Source: an uncultured Spirochaetales bacterium
GTDB taxonomy: Bacteria > Myxococcota_A > UBA9160 > JAFDET01
Direction: 5' to 3'
DNA: 64,000 nucleotides
Assembly: GCA_964442285.1 (NCBI GenBank)
Contig: CAYTZH010000022.1
Location: 6,120-70,119 of the forward strand
The notes beneath the pieces were generated by a model. That model saw nothing but the letters and a program-made list of their open reading frames with translations. It was not told where the DNA came from and searched no databases. Positions 1 to 13,125 of the stretch are shown here, piece after piece (position 1 is the first letter of the stretch; every line of letters starts with the position of its first letter). Made by a program: the position numbers and the translations under genes.

Positions 1-825
1 GAGGCCCTGCGCTCCTCGGTGCGGGACTTCACCCAGCGGGAGCTCCAGAAGCAGAACTTCGACTACATCGAGCGCTTCCGCCGGGAGAGCCTGCTCGAGA
101 AGAGCTTCTACAGCCTCACCGAGGAAGACATCCGCAAGATGCGGGAGGTGGTGACCCGGCTGGCCCAGAAGATCAAGAACATCATGACGATCCGGCGCAA
201 GCGCCTGAAGAAGGGCAAGTTCGACCTCCACCAGACCCTGCGCCGCAACATGCACCACGGGGGCGTGCCCTTCGAGCTGATCTTCAAGCAGCGCAAGAAG
301 GATCGCCCGAAGCTCGTGATCCTGTGCGACGTCTCGTCGTCGGTCGCCAACGTCTCCCGCTTCATGCTGCAGTTCGCCTACAGCCTGCAGGAGGCCTTCA
401 CCAAGATCCGGGCCTTCGTCTTCGTGGCGGAGCTGGGCGAGGTGACGAAGGTCTTCGAGGACGGGGACATCAACGAGGCCCTCGACGAGGCCCTGGAGGG
501 GGGCGGCGTGATCAACGTCTACACCCGCTCCAACTTCGGCTACGCCTTCCACGTCTTCTGGCAGAACCACCTCTCCGCGGTGGACAACAAGACCACCGTG
601 ATCGTCATCGGTGACGCCCGCAACAACTACAACGACGCCAAGGCCTGGTGCCTGGCCGAGATCCACAGCAAGGCCAAGAACGTCATCTGGCTCAACCCGG
701 AGAGCCCCGGTGCCTGGGGCTTCGGCGACAGCGTCATGGACAAGTACCTGCCGCATACGGACGTGGCGGAGGAGGTACGGAACCTCCGTCAGCTCGCGGC
801 GGTCGTCGACCGACTGGTCCTGTAG
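1..825 (+). CDS. VWA-domain protein, CoxE-like (5' end cut by window edge)
   Basis: Frame is open from base 1 to TAG 823-825; track start 19 is only the first GTG. Translation shows MIDAS-type DVSSSV plus VIVIGDARNN and NVIWLNPE, typical of CoxE/VWA partners of MoxR ATPases. Confidence 0.7.
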   Translation, partial: EALRSSVRDFTQRELQKQNFDYIERFRRESLLEKSFYSLTEEDIRKMREVVTRLAQKIKNIMTIRRKRLKKGKFDLHQTLRRNMHHGGVPFELIFKQRKKDRPKLVILCDVSSSVANVSRFMLQFAYSLQEAFTKIRAFVFVAELGEVTKVFEDGDINEALDEALEGGGVINVYTRSNFGYAFHVFWQNHLSAVDNKTTVIVIGDARNNYNDAKAWCLAEIHSKAKNVIWLNPESPGAWGFGDSVMDKYLPHTDVAEEVRNLRQLAAVVDRLVL

Positions 826-916
826 GCCGTCTCGTCTTCACACGGAGACGCGCTGTGAAGACGCCGTCCGCGCGAATCGAGAAGATCGAGAAGACCGTCC
901 CCGGGCGCGTGGCGCG

Positions 917-960
917 AAAGCGAAACGCCCCGCCGGAGAAAGCGAAACGCCCCGCCGGAG
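917..960. repeat. Perfect 22-bp tandem duplication (aaagcgaaacgccccgccggag x2)
   Basis: 917-938 and 939-960 are identical. On the minus strand this duplicates the 3' arm and U-tract of the terminator hairpin. Confidence 0.95.
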
Positions 961-972
961 ACCGGCGGGGCG
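938..972 (-). terminator. Intrinsic-terminator-like hairpin (minus-strand sense)
   Basis: Perfect 11-bp GC stem (972-962 pairs with 958-948), 3-nt loop, followed on the minus strand by TTTCGCTTTC (947-938). Confidence 0.45.
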
Positions 973-1059
973 CTCAATGTGGGAGGGCGGTGGATTGGAT
1001 TATGGGGGGTGAGAGGTTGGACATTTCATGGCGAAATGTCGATCCACCGCCTCTCCACG
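938..1059 (-). ncRNA. Candidate small RNA, about 120 nt, family unknown
   Basis: Bounded by a near-consensus promoter and a terminator hairpin. Nested stems 1056-1042/995-982 (14 bp, one bulge) and 1040-1033/1027-1020 (8 bp), with a C-rich single-stranded stretch. No credible ORF. Confidence 0.4.
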
Positions 1060-1065
1060 CGGCCC

Positions 1066-1093
1066 ATTATGCAGGGCGCAGCACCAATGTCAA
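1066..1093 (-). promoter_or_regulatory. Sigma70-like promoter on minus strand
   Basis: Minus strand reads TTGACA (1093-1088), 16-nt spacer, CATAAT (1071-1066), inside a GC-poor pocket. Confidence 0.45.
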
Positions 1094-1242
1094 ACACCTT
1101 TTCAGCAAATAAAAAAAGCTTCACTGATCCAGATGCTTACGGAATATTCTGCGCGTAGGTGCTCGAGCTTGGAAGAGGAAACCCTGCGACTCTTCTCGAA
1201 GAAATCTGCAGGCCGCGCCAGCCGGGCCTCGGGGAGCCCTTC

Positions 1243-2673
1243 GTGAAGCACTTCACGATCCGCACCTACGGCTGCCAGATGAACCTTCACGATACGGAGA
1301 AGGTCGCGAACCTCCTCCACCACGAGGGCTGGCGCCCGGCGGACGACGAGGACGCGGCCCGCCTGCTCCTGATCAACACCTGCTCGATCCGGGAGAAGGC
1401 CGAGCACCGCCTCTACAGCGACCTCGGTGCCCTCCGCGCCTGGAAGCGGGCCGCGCCGGGCCGCCTGGTGGGCGTGGGCGGCTGCGTGGCCCAGCAGCAG
1501 GGCGATGCGATCCTGCGGCGCTTCCCGCAGGTGGACTTCGTCTTCGGCACCCACAACCTGGCCCGGGTGCCGGCCCTGGTCCGGGGCGCCGAGGACGGGG
1601 CCCGTCGCGCGGCCGTCGGCGAGGTGCGCGACCTCTCGCGCTTCGAGCTCCCCGAGCGGCACCCGGCCTACGCCGGCGAGACCCCGGGCCGGGCCTTCGT
1701 CACCGTGATGGAAGGCTGCGACATGTTCTGCTCGTTCTGCATCGTGCCGCGCACCCGGGGTCGCGAGATCAGCCGCCCGGCGGAGGCCATCGAGGTGGAG
1801 GTGCGCAGCCTGGCCGCGCGCGGCGTCCGGGAGATCACGCTGCTGGGCCAGACGGTGAACGCCTACGGGCGCCACGCCTTGCGACGCGGCCAGCCCGGGC
1901 TGGGGTTCGGCGCGCTACTGCGGCGCCTGGCCGGCGTGCCCGGCCTGGAGCGCATCCGTTACACGAGCCCGCACCCGCTGTTCGTCGACGACGACCTGGT
2001 CCGGGCCCACGCCGAGCTGGAGGTGCTGTGTCCCCACGTCCACCTGCCGCTCCAGGCCGGCTCGGACCGGGTGCTCGACGCCATGCGCCGGCGCTACACG
2101 GCCGACGACTTCCGCCGGGTGGTGGAGGCGCTCCGCGCGGCGCGGCCGGACCTGGCCCTCACCACGGACCTGATCGTGGCCTTCCCCGGCGAGACCGAGG
2201 CCGAGTTCCGGGCCACCCTGGAGCTGGTCCGGGAGGTCGGGTTCGTCGACAGCTACTCGTTCAAGTACTCGCCGAGGCCTGGGACGAAAGCCGCCGAGCT
2301 GCCGGAGGTTTCCCCGGACGAGGCCCAGGGGCGGCTCGAGGCGCTCCAGACCCTGCAGCGGGCGCTGACCCTGGCCTATCACCAGGGCCGCGTCGGCGGC
2401 GAGACCACGGTGCTGCTGGAGGGTGAGAGCCGCCGCGGCGGTCAGCGCATGGGCCGGGATCCGTACCACCGGGTCGTGAACGTTCCCGCCCCGGCCGCGG
2501 GGCCGAGCGCGCTCCCCGGGCCGGGCGCGCGGCTGGAGGTGGAGATCGTGGAGGCCACCCCCCATTCCCTGATCGGAGCGGTGAAGGAACGGCCCGGACG
2601 AGCCGATGAGTCTCCACGGCGCCCTGCGCTCCGGGCCCCGGGATCGTCGCCCGCCGGCAGCTGGAGCGCATAA
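1243..2673 (+). CDS. miaB: tRNA-2-methylthio-N6-dimethylallyladenosine synthase MiaB
   Basis: VKHFTIRTYGCQMN N-terminus, radical-SAM CDMFCSFC cluster, TRAM-like C-terminus. GTG 1243 chosen because the conserved MiaB N-terminus starts there; track start 1159 is an upstream extension. Confidence 0.9.
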   Translation: MKHFTIRTYGCQMNLHDTEKVANLLHHEGWRPADDEDAARLLLINTCSIREKAEHRLYSDLGALRAWKRAAPGRLVGVGGCVAQQQGDAILRRFPQVDFVFGTHNLARVPALVRGAEDGARRAAVGEVRDLSRFELPERHPAYAGETPGRAFVTVMEGCDMFCSFCIVPRTRGREISRPAEAIEVEVRSLAARGVREITLLGQTVNAYGRHALRRGQPGLGFGALLRRLAGVPGLERIRYTSPHPLFVDDDLVRAHAELEVLCPHVHLPLQAGSDRVLDAMRRRYTADDFRRVVEALRAARPDLALTTDLIVAFPGETEAEFRATLELVREVGFVDSYSFKYSPRPGTKAAELPEVSPDEAQGRLEALQTLQRALTLAYHQGRVGGETTVLLEGESRRGGQRMGRDPYHRVVNVPAPAAGPSALPGPGARLEVEIVEATPHSLIGAVKERPGRADESPRRPALRAPGSSPAGSWSA

Positions 2674-2703
2674 CGGCTAGCCTGGTCAGGGGAAACGGGG
2701 GGA

Positions 2704-4524
2704 ATGGCCAAGGCCCGCATACTGGCGGTCGACGACCAGCTGTACTTCCGGACCTTCCTCGAGGGCCTGCTGACCGAGGAGGGTTACGCGGTACAGACGG
2801 CCTCGGGTGGCGAAGAGGCGCTCCACATCCTCGAGCGGGAGCGCTTCGACGTGGTGATCACCGACCTGGTGATGCCCGGGATGGACGGTCGCGTCCTCGT
2901 CCAGAAGCTCAAGGAGCGCCTGCCGGACCAGGAGGTGATCGTCGTCTCCGGCGTCGGCGACGTGCAGACCGCCGTCGACGCCATGAAGGACGGCGCCACC
3001 GACTACCTCCTCAAGCCCATCGAGCGCACCGCCCTGGTGCGCGGGCTCGAGTCGATCCTCCAGAGCCAGCGCCTGCGCGAGGAGCACGCCCAGCTCATGC
3101 GCGAGAACCTCGAGTACATGGGGGTGCTCTCGCTCTACGAGCGGGCCGTGGGCCTGTTCTCGACGCTGGCGCCCGAGCCCGCCTGCGAGCGGACTCTGGA
3201 GGCGCTCTGCCTCGAGACCCGGGCCCAGACCGGCGTGATCTGGGCGGTGGGCCCCGACGGCAGCGAGGCCCTGGAGCTGGCGGCCGCCCGGGGGCTGGTC
3301 CAGGTGGACGAGGAGCCCGCCCAGCTGGAGGCGGACCGCCTGCCGGTGGGGTTCTCCGCCCTGTCGGGGGCGGACGGGGCCGTGCTGGCACCCGATCCGC
3401 GCGCCGCCGGCGAGCGACAGGCGCTGCTCGTACCCCTGCGCCGGAGCGGGCGGTTGATCGGGCTCGTGCGCCTGACGGACAAGCTCGAAGACCAGCCCTT
3501 CGACGACCGGGACCGGGCCGCGGCCGACAAGGTGGTGGAGCTCGCGACCGTGGCCCTGGCCAATGCCCTGCACGTGGCCCAGCTGGAGCGGCGCTCCTTC
3601 CGCGACCCGGCCACCAAGGCCTACACCCTCGCCTACCTCGAGGACGTGGTCCGCAACGAGATCCAGAAGGCCGACCGCTTCGGGCGCAGCTTCGCGGTGC
3701 TGGCGATCGCCCTGGAGGATCTGGGCTCGATGCGCCGGAAGCGGTCGGGCCCGGAGCTGGCCCGCTGGCTGGAGGGATTCGTCTACCAGATCGGCCGGGC
3801 CCTGCGCTCGACCGACCTCGTCGCCACGAACGGGGACGGCCGCTTCCACGTGCTGCTGCCCGAGACCGACGCCCTCGGTGCCGCCGTGCTCAAGCGCCGC
3901 ATCCTCGAGCTGCTCCGCGCCGGCGACTACGGGGAGACGCGGCTCGCCCTGGCGGCCGCGAGCTATCCCGCCGACGGCACCCAGCTCGACGCCATGACCC
4001 GGGTGCTCGACGAGCGGCTCGAGGCCGATCGCACGACCCTCGTCCACGAGCTGGAGCTCGAGGGGGAGAGCTTCGCCGCGTCCGTCGACGCGCTGCTCCA
4101 GCGCGCCGGCTGCGAGCGGAGCGAGGTCGCCGAGCAGGCCATGCGCCTGCTGATCGACGAGGTCGGGCGACGCCCGCGGGACCGGGGCCTGCTCTTCGTC
4201 GCGCCGGGCGGCGGCCCGACGGCGCCGGTACGCGAGGCCCTGGAGCGACTCCGGGACGTGGCGCCGCTGACCGAGGTCGTCCTGGTGGGCGACGGCAAGA
4301 GCGACGCCCTGGCCGGCGTCCCGGTCACCTGCGTCTCGGCGCGTCGGGCCGGGACCCGGGCGCCCTTCCTGGTCTACTTCGGCGAGGGGCCGGCCTACGC
4401 CCTGGTACGCGAGCGCTCGGACGAGGCGGGCCGCCCGCCGCTGTTCCACACGGGGGACCGGCCCCTGGTGGAGCACCTGGCCTTCCAGCTGCAGCGGGAT
4501 CTCGGGATCTCGCTGGCGGTGTGA
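2704..4524 (+). CDS. Response regulator with receiver, GAF-like and degenerate GGDEF domains plus unknown C-terminal domain
   Basis: REC motifs (ILAVDDQ, DVVITDLVMPGMDG, LLKP). The GGDEF-fold region has NGDGRF in place of GGDEF, with RSTD five residues upstream (I-site position). Confidence 0.8.
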   Translation: MAKARILAVDDQLYFRTFLEGLLTEEGYAVQTASGGEEALHILERERFDVVITDLVMPGMDGRVLVQKLKERLPDQEVIVVSGVGDVQTAVDAMKDGATDYLLKPIERTALVRGLESILQSQRLREEHAQLMRENLEYMGVLSLYERAVGLFSTLAPEPACERTLEALCLETRAQTGVIWAVGPDGSEALELAAARGLVQVDEEPAQLEADRLPVGFSALSGADGAVLAPDPRAAGERQALLVPLRRSGRLIGLVRLTDKLEDQPFDDRDRAAADKVVELATVALANALHVAQLERRSFRDPATKAYTLAYLEDVVRNEIQKADRFGRSFAVLAIALEDLGSMRRKRSGPELARWLEGFVYQIGRALRSTDLVATNGDGRFHVLLPETDALGAAVLKRRILELLRAGDYGETRLALAAASYPADGTQLDAMTRVLDERLEADRTTLVHELELEGESFAASVDALLQRAGCERSEVAEQAMRLLIDEVGRRPRDRGLLFVAPGGGPTAPVREALERLRDVAPLTEVVLVGDGKSDALAGVPVTCVSARRAGTRAPFLVYFGEGPAYALVRERSDEAGRPPLFHTGDRPLVEHLAFQLQRDLGISLAV

Positions 4525-4577
4525 GGAGCCCATGGCGATCGATGGGAGGATCCCATGGCGACCGGTGTGAGGAGCCC

Positions 4578-4593
<16 letters not shown>
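4525..4593. repeat. 23-bp unit x3, each carrying an SD-like GGAG/GGAT plus CCCATGGCGA
   Basis: Copies at 4525-4547, 4548-4570 and 4571-4593. ATGs at 4532, 4555 and 4578 fall in three different frames; only 4578 opens the long ORF. Confidence 0.9.
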
Positions 4594-8028
<3,435 letters not shown>

Positions 8029-8080
8029 AATCGGGATTCCCCCCGGCTTGAGTTCGATCGCTCCTCTCGAGAGGCACGGG

Positions 8081-9634
8081 ATGGCCCCCCAGGACGCCCA
8101 TCGCGACCGGGTCCTCGTTCTGGACTTCGGTTCCCAGTACACGCAGCTCATCGCGCGCCGGATCCGCGAGCAGCGGGTCTACTGCGAAATCCACCCGCCC
8201 CTCGACCCGGAGCGCATCCGGGCCTGGGGGCCGGCCGGGATCATCCTCTCGGGGGGGCCGTCGAGCGTCCTGGACGAGAACGCCCCGGACATCGACCCGG
8301 CGGTCTTCGAGCTGGGCGTCCCGGTCCTGGGGGTCTGCTACGGCCTCCAGCTCATGGCCCGGCGCCTGGGCGGGCGGGTCGAGCCCGCGCCCGACCGGGA
8401 GTACGGCCGGGCCGAGCTGCGCATCGAGCGCGGCGATCCCCTGTTCGCCGGCCTCGACGAGCCGCGGCGCAGCGTCTGGATGAGCCACGGCGACCGCGTC
8501 CTCGCGCTGCCCGACGGCTTCGAGACCCTCGCCACCAGCCCGAGCTCGCCCTTCGCTGTCGTGCGCCACGCCGAGCGCCCGCTCTACGGCGTGCAGTTCC
8601 ACCCCGAGGTCGTCCACACCGACGGCGGCGAGCGCATCCTGGCCAACTTCATCCACCGCATATGCGGCTGCGCGGCGTCCTGGACCATGGACGCCTTCGC
8701 CGACGAGGCCGTGGCGGCGGTGCGCAAGCAGGTGGGCTCCGCGAAGGTGGTCTGCGGCCTGTCCGGGGGCGTGGACTCGGCGGTGGCCGCGGCGCTGGTG
8801 CACCGGGCCATCGGCGACCAGCTCACCTGCATCTTCGTCGACAACGGGCTGCTCCGGGAGGGAGAGCGCGCGGAGGTGGAGGAGGTCTTCGCCGGCGCGC
8901 TCGGCATCCAGCTGATCACGGTGGACGCGGGCGCGCGCTTCCTGCGGGCCCTGGCCGGCGTGACCGACCCGGAGCAGAAGCGCCGCATCATCGGACACCT
9001 GTTCGTGGAGGTCTTCGAGCAGGAGGCCGACCGGCTCGGCGAAGTGGACTTCCTGGTCCAGGGCACCCTGTATCCCGACGTGATCGAGAGCGTGTCGGTG
9101 CGCGGTCCGGCGGCCACCATCAAGACCCACCACAACGTGGGCGGGCTGCCGGAGGCCATGCGCCTCGCGCTCGTGGAGCCGCTGCGGGAGCTCTTCAAGG
9201 ACGAGGTGCGGGAGGTGGGGCGCAACCTCGGCCTGCCGGAGACCGTGGTGGGACGTCACCCGTTCCCGGGCCCCGGCCTGGCGGTTCGGATCGTGGGGGA
9301 CGTCACCCCCGAGCGGCTGGCGTGCCTGCGCCGGGCGGACGCGATCGTCACCGAGGAGATCCGGCGGGCCGGGCTCTACGAGTCGCTCTGGCAGGCCTTC
9401 GCGGTGTTCCTGCCGGTGCAGAGCGTGGGCGTGATGGGCGACGCCCGAACCTACGAGAACGTCGTCGCCGTGCGCGCGGTCAACTCGGTGGATGCGATGA
9501 CCGCCGACTGGGCGCGGCTGCCGGGGGACGTGCTGGCCGCCGTCTCCAGCCGGATCATCAACGAGGTGAAGGGCGTGAACCGGGTGGTCTACGACATCTC
9601 GTCCAAGCCGCCCGCCACGATCGAGTGGGAGTAG
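8081..9634 (+). CDS. guaA: GMP synthase (glutamine-hydrolysing)
   Basis: GATase domain ([22 protein letters not shown]), SGGVDS PP-loop, C-terminal KPPATIEWE. Confidence 0.95.
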   Translation: MAPQDAHRDRVLVLDFGSQYTQLIARRIREQRVYCEIHPPLDPERIRAWGPAGIILSGGPSSVLDENAPDIDPAVFELGVPVLGVCYGLQLMARRLGGRVEPAPDREYGRAELRIERGDPLFAGLDEPRRSVWMSHGDRVLALPDGFETLATSPSSPFAVVRHAERPLYGVQFHPEVVHTDGGERILANFIHRICGCAASWTMDAFADEAVAAVRKQVGSAKVVCGLSGGVDSAVAAALVHRAIGDQLTCIFVDNGLLREGERAEVEEVFAGALGIQLITVDAGARFLRALAGVTDPEQKRRIIGHLFVEVFEQEADRLGEVDFLVQGTLYPDVIESVSVRGPAATIKTHHNVGGLPEAMRLALVEPLRELFKDEVREVGRNLGLPETVVGRHPFPGPGLAVRIVGDVTPERLACLRRADAIVTEEIRRAGLYESLWQAFAVFLPVQSVGVMGDARTYENVVAVRAVNSVDAMTADWARLPGDVLAAVSSRIINEVKGVNRVVYDISSKPPATIEWE

Positions 9635-9636
9635 CG

Positions 9637-12600
9637 GTGTCCCACGCCCATTTCGTCCACCTGCACCTGCACACCCAGTACTCGCTCCTGGACGGCGCCA
9701 TCCAGCACGCGCCGCTCTTCCAGCAGTGCAGGGCGCTCGACATGCCGGCCGTGGCCATGACCGACCACGGCAACCTCTTCGGCGTGGTGGAGTTCTACGA
9801 GAAGGCCATGGCCGCGGGCGTGAAGCCCATCCTCGGCTGCGAGGTCTACGTGGCGGCCGGCTCGCGCTTCGACAAGGAGCGCCGCGAGCGCGACGACAGC
9901 GGCTTCGACGCCATCAGCCACCTGCTGCTGCTGGCCACGAACGAGACCGGCTACCGCAACCTGATGTACCTGGTCTCCAAGGCCTACCTCGAGGGCTTCT
10001 ACTACAAGCCGCGCATCGACCTGGACCTGCTGCGGGAGCGGGGGGAGGGCCTGATCACCACCACCGGCTGCCTCTCGTCGCTGGTGTCGCGGGCCATCAC
10101 CGGCGGGCAGCTCGACCGGGCCTGGCGGCTGGTGCAGGAGTTCTCGGAGATCTTCCCCGATCGCTACTACCTCGAGCTGCAGCGCCACGGCATCCCCGAC
10201 CAGGACCGGGTGAACGCCGAGCTGCTCAAGATGCACGCCGATTTCCGGCTGCCACTGGTCGCCACCAACGATGCCCACTACCTCCACGAGCACGACCACG
10301 GGCCCCACGAGGCGCTGCTCTGCATCGGCACCGGCACCACCCTCGACGACCCCAAGCGCTTCAAGTTCGACGGCCGGGGCTTCTACCTGAAGAGCGCCGA
10401 CGAGATGGCCCAGGTCTTCCACGACCACCCCTCGGCGCTGCGCAATACCGTCGAGATCGCCGAGCGCTGCAACGTCGAGATTCCCCTGGGCACCTACCAC
10501 CTGCCCGAGTTCCAGGTGCCGGCGGGGAGCAGCCGCGAGGCGGTGCTGGCGCAGAACGCCTGGACGGGCTTGCGCGAGCGCCTGGGTCTCGCCCCCGACG
10601 AGCCCTTCCGGGAGGGCCACCGCGACTACGTGCAGCGCATGGAGCACGAGCTCGGCGTCATCCAGAAGATGGGCTTTCCGGGCTACTTCCTGATCGTGGC
10701 CGACTTCATCGCCCACGCCCGCCGCAACGGCGTGCCCGTGGGCCCCGGACGCGGCTCCTCCGCGGGCAGCCTGGCCGCCTACGCCCTGGGCATCACCGGC
10801 GTCGACCCGATCGAGTACGACATCATCTTCGAGCGATTCCTGAACCCCGAGCGCGTCTCCATGCCGGACATCGACGTGGACTTCTGCATGCGCGGGCGCG
10901 ACCGGGTGATCCGCTACGTCAAGGAGAAGTACGACCGCGACGGCGACGACGGGCGCCACGTGGCCCAGATCATCACCTTCGGGAAGCTCCAGGCCCGGGC
11001 GGCGATCCGCGACGTGGGGCGGGTCCTCGGGATGGCCTATGGCGACGTGGACCGCATCGCGAAGCTGGTGCCCGAGACCCTGGGCATCACCCTGGAGCAG
11101 GCGCTGCAGCAGTCGCCGGACCTGCGGGCGCGCATGGACGCCGACGGCCAGGTGCGCCAGCTCATCGAGACGGCCCAGCGGCTCGAGGGCCTGACGCGTC
11201 ACGCCTCCACCCACGCGGCCGGCGTGGTGATCGGCAACCGGCCGCTCATCGAGGTCGTCCCCCTCTACCGCGACCCGAAGTCGGGCGACGTGGTCACCCA
11301 GGTGGACTGGAAGGCGGTCGAGAAGCTCGGCCTGATCAAGTTCGACTTCCTCGGCCTGAAGACCCTCACCGTGATCGCCGACGCCGAGAAGCGCATCCGC
11401 GCGCGGGTGGCGGACTTCTCGGTCGAGCGGGCCCCCCTCGACGACGGGGCCACCTACGAGCTGCTGGGCCGCGGCGACACCCTGGGCGTGTTCCAGGTGG
11501 AGTCGAGCGGCATGACCGACCTGGTGGTGAAGCTCCAGCCGAAGGAGTTCCGGCAGCTGATCGCCATCGTGGCCCTCTACCGCCCGGGCCCGCTGAACTC
11601 GGGCATGGTGGAGGACTACATCAGCCGCACCCACGGCCTGACCCAGGTGGAGTATCTGCACCCGCTGCTGGAGGAGATCACGCGGCAGACCCTGGGCGTG
11701 ATCGTCTACCAGGACCAGGTGCTGCAGATCGCCAACAAGATGGCCGGCTACAGCCTGGGTGAGGCCGACCTGCTGCGCCGGGCCATGGGCAAGAAGAATC
11801 CCGAGGAGATGGAGAAGCAGCGCGAGCGCTTCGTCTCCGGGGCCACCGGAAAGGGCGTCGACGCGGGCACCGCGAACAAGGTCTTCAACCTGATCTACGA
11901 GTTCGCCGGCTACGGCTTCCCGAAGGCCCACTCCACCGCCTACGCGCTGATCACCTACCAGACGGCCTATCTCAAGGCGAACCATCCCCGCGAGTTCCTG
12001 GCGGCGCTGATGTCGAGCGAGACGGGCAACCACGACAAGCTGGCCCGGATCATCGGCCACGCCCGGGAGCACAAGATCGACGTGCTGCCGCCCGACGCGA
12101 ACGAGTCGGCTCGCGACTTCACCGTGGTGCCCGAGGGCATCCGCTTCGGCCTGGCCGGCGTGAAGAACGTGGGCGAGGGCGCCATCGACGCGATCCTCGA
12201 GGCCCGGGAGGAGGAGCGCTTCGGGGGCCTGTTCGACTTCGCGCGGCGGGTGGACGCCCGGCGCGTGAACCGCCGGGTGGTGGAGAGCCTGGTCAAGTGC
12301 GGGGCCTTCGACTCCGTGCACACCGAGCGCGCCCGGGTCTGGGCCGGCCTCGACCGCGCCCTGGAGGCCGGCGCCGCCGCCCAGCGCGACCGCGAGATCG
12401 GCCAGGAGAGCCTCTTCGGCGGCGACTCGGGCGCGGCGGCGCCGGAGTCGGCGCTGCCCGAAGCGCCGGCCTGGACCGACCGCGAGCGGCTGGCCCAGGA
12501 GAAGGAGGTGCTGGGCTTCTACGTCACGGGCCACCCGCTGGCCGCGGTGGCCGACGACCTCCGCCGCTACGCCAACGCCACCGCCGCCACGGTGGAGGGA

Positions 12601-13125
12601 CGCGAGAACCACGACGTGCGCGCGGGCGGGCTGCTCTCGGGGCTGCGCGAACGGGTCACCAAGCGCGAAGAGGTGATGGCCTTCGGGAACCTGGAGGACC
12701 TCGAGGGCAGCTTCGAGCTGGTGATCTTCGCGAAGACCTACGACCGCCTGCGGGAGCTGCTCAAGCGGGCCGCCGCGGAGGAGATCCCCACGCCGCTGCT
12801 CGTCTCGGGCAAGCTCGAGGCCGCCGACCCGCCGAAGATCCTCGTGCGCGACGCCATCGAGCTGTCGAATGCCCGGGAGCAGCTGGCGTCCAAGCTGACG
12901 CTGCGGGTGGTCGCGGCGGACTGCAGCCGCGACCGGCTGCTGGCCCTGCGGCGCCTGTTCGAGGGCAGCCGCGGAGACTGCGAGGTGGCGGTGCACCTGG
13001 TGATTCCCGGGGAGAGCGAGACGGTGCTCGCCCTCGGCAACCCCTCCGGGGTCGAGGCGACCGAGGGCCTGGTGCGGGAGGTGGACGCGCTGTTCGGCCG
13101 TCCCGTGGCGGAGCTGGTGATTTGA
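9637..13125 (+). CDS. dnaE: DNA polymerase III alpha subunit
   Basis: PHP domain HLHLHTQYSLLDGA and pol IIIa core motifs, 1162 aa. GTG 9637 lies 2 nt after the guaA stop; the track ORF from 8662 is an off-gene extension. Confidence 0.95.
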   Translation: MSHAHFVHLHLHTQYSLLDGAIQHAPLFQQCRALDMPAVAMTDHGNLFGVVEFYEKAMAAGVKPILGCEVYVAAGSRFDKERRERDDSGFDAISHLLLLATNETGYRNLMYLVSKAYLEGFYYKPRIDLDLLRERGEGLITTTGCLSSLVSRAITGGQLDRAWRLVQEFSEIFPDRYYLELQRHGIPDQDRVNAELLKMHADFRLPLVATNDAHYLHEHDHGPHEALLCIGTGTTLDDPKRFKFDGRGFYLKSADEMAQVFHDHPSALRNTVEIAERCNVEIPLGTYHLPEFQVPAGSSREAVLAQNAWTGLRERLGLAPDEPFREGHRDYVQRMEHELGVIQKMGFPGYFLIVADFIAHARRNGVPVGPGRGSSAGSLAAYALGITGVDPIEYDIIFERFLNPERVSMPDIDVDFCMRGRDRVIRYVKEKYDRDGDDGRHVAQIITFGKLQARAAIRDVGRVLGMAYGDVDRIAKLVPETLGITLEQALQQSPDLRARMDADGQVRQLIETAQRLEGLTRHASTHAAGVVIGNRPLIEVVPLYRDPKSGDVVTQVDWKAVEKLGLIKFDFLGLKTLTVIADAEKRIRARVADFSVERAPLDDGATYELLGRGDTLGVFQVESSGMTDLVVKLQPKEFRQLIAIVALYRPGPLNSGMVEDYISRTHGLTQVEYLHPLLEEITRQTLGVIVYQDQVLQIANKMAGYSLGEADLLRRAMGKKNPEEMEKQRERFVSGATGKGVDAGTANKVFNLIYEFAGYGFPKAHSTAYALITYQTAYLKANHPREFLAALMSSETGNHDKLARIIGHAREHKIDVLPPDANESARDFTVVPEGIRFGLAGVKNVGEGAIDAILEAREEERFGGLFDFARRVDARRVNRRVVESLVKCGAFDSVHTERARVWAGLDRALEAGAAAQRDREIGQESLFGGDSGAAAPESALPEAPAWTDRERLAQEKEVLGFYVTGHPLAAVADDLRRYANATAATVEGRENHDVRAGGLLSGLRERVTKREEVMAFGNLEDLEGSFELVIFAKTYDRLRELLKRAAAEEIPTPLLVSGKLEAADPPKILVRDAIELSNAREQLASKLTLRVVAADCSRDRLLALRRLFEGSRGDCEVAVHLVIPGESETVLALGNPSGVEATEGLVREVDALFGRPVAELVI

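Noticed and set aside
833-863. 10-bp inverted repeat cgtcttcaca / tgtgaagacg just after the vWA gene stop, as a terminator
   Set aside because: The stem is real, but the 11-nt loop, the lack of a U-tract and competing pairings (cgtctc/gagacg) make the call too uncertain to list as a feature.
8063-8074. 12-bp perfect palindrome cctctcgagagg covering the guaA ribosome-binding site
   Set aside because: With a minimal loop only a 4-bp stem can form. It is likely a fortuitous XhoI-type palindrome and not an SD-sequestering structure.
8662-9636. Long N-terminal extensions of real genes in the ORF track (dnaE from 8662, pheT from 15285, ihfA from 16400, MFS from 28901, DUF1800 to 24155, cpaF to 39517, secretin to 46536)
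   Set aside because: The extensions overlap upstream genes in another frame and translate to low-complexity Arg/Gly/Pro sequence. The conserved N-termini, with SD or 4-nt stop/start overlaps, lie at the internal starts I report.
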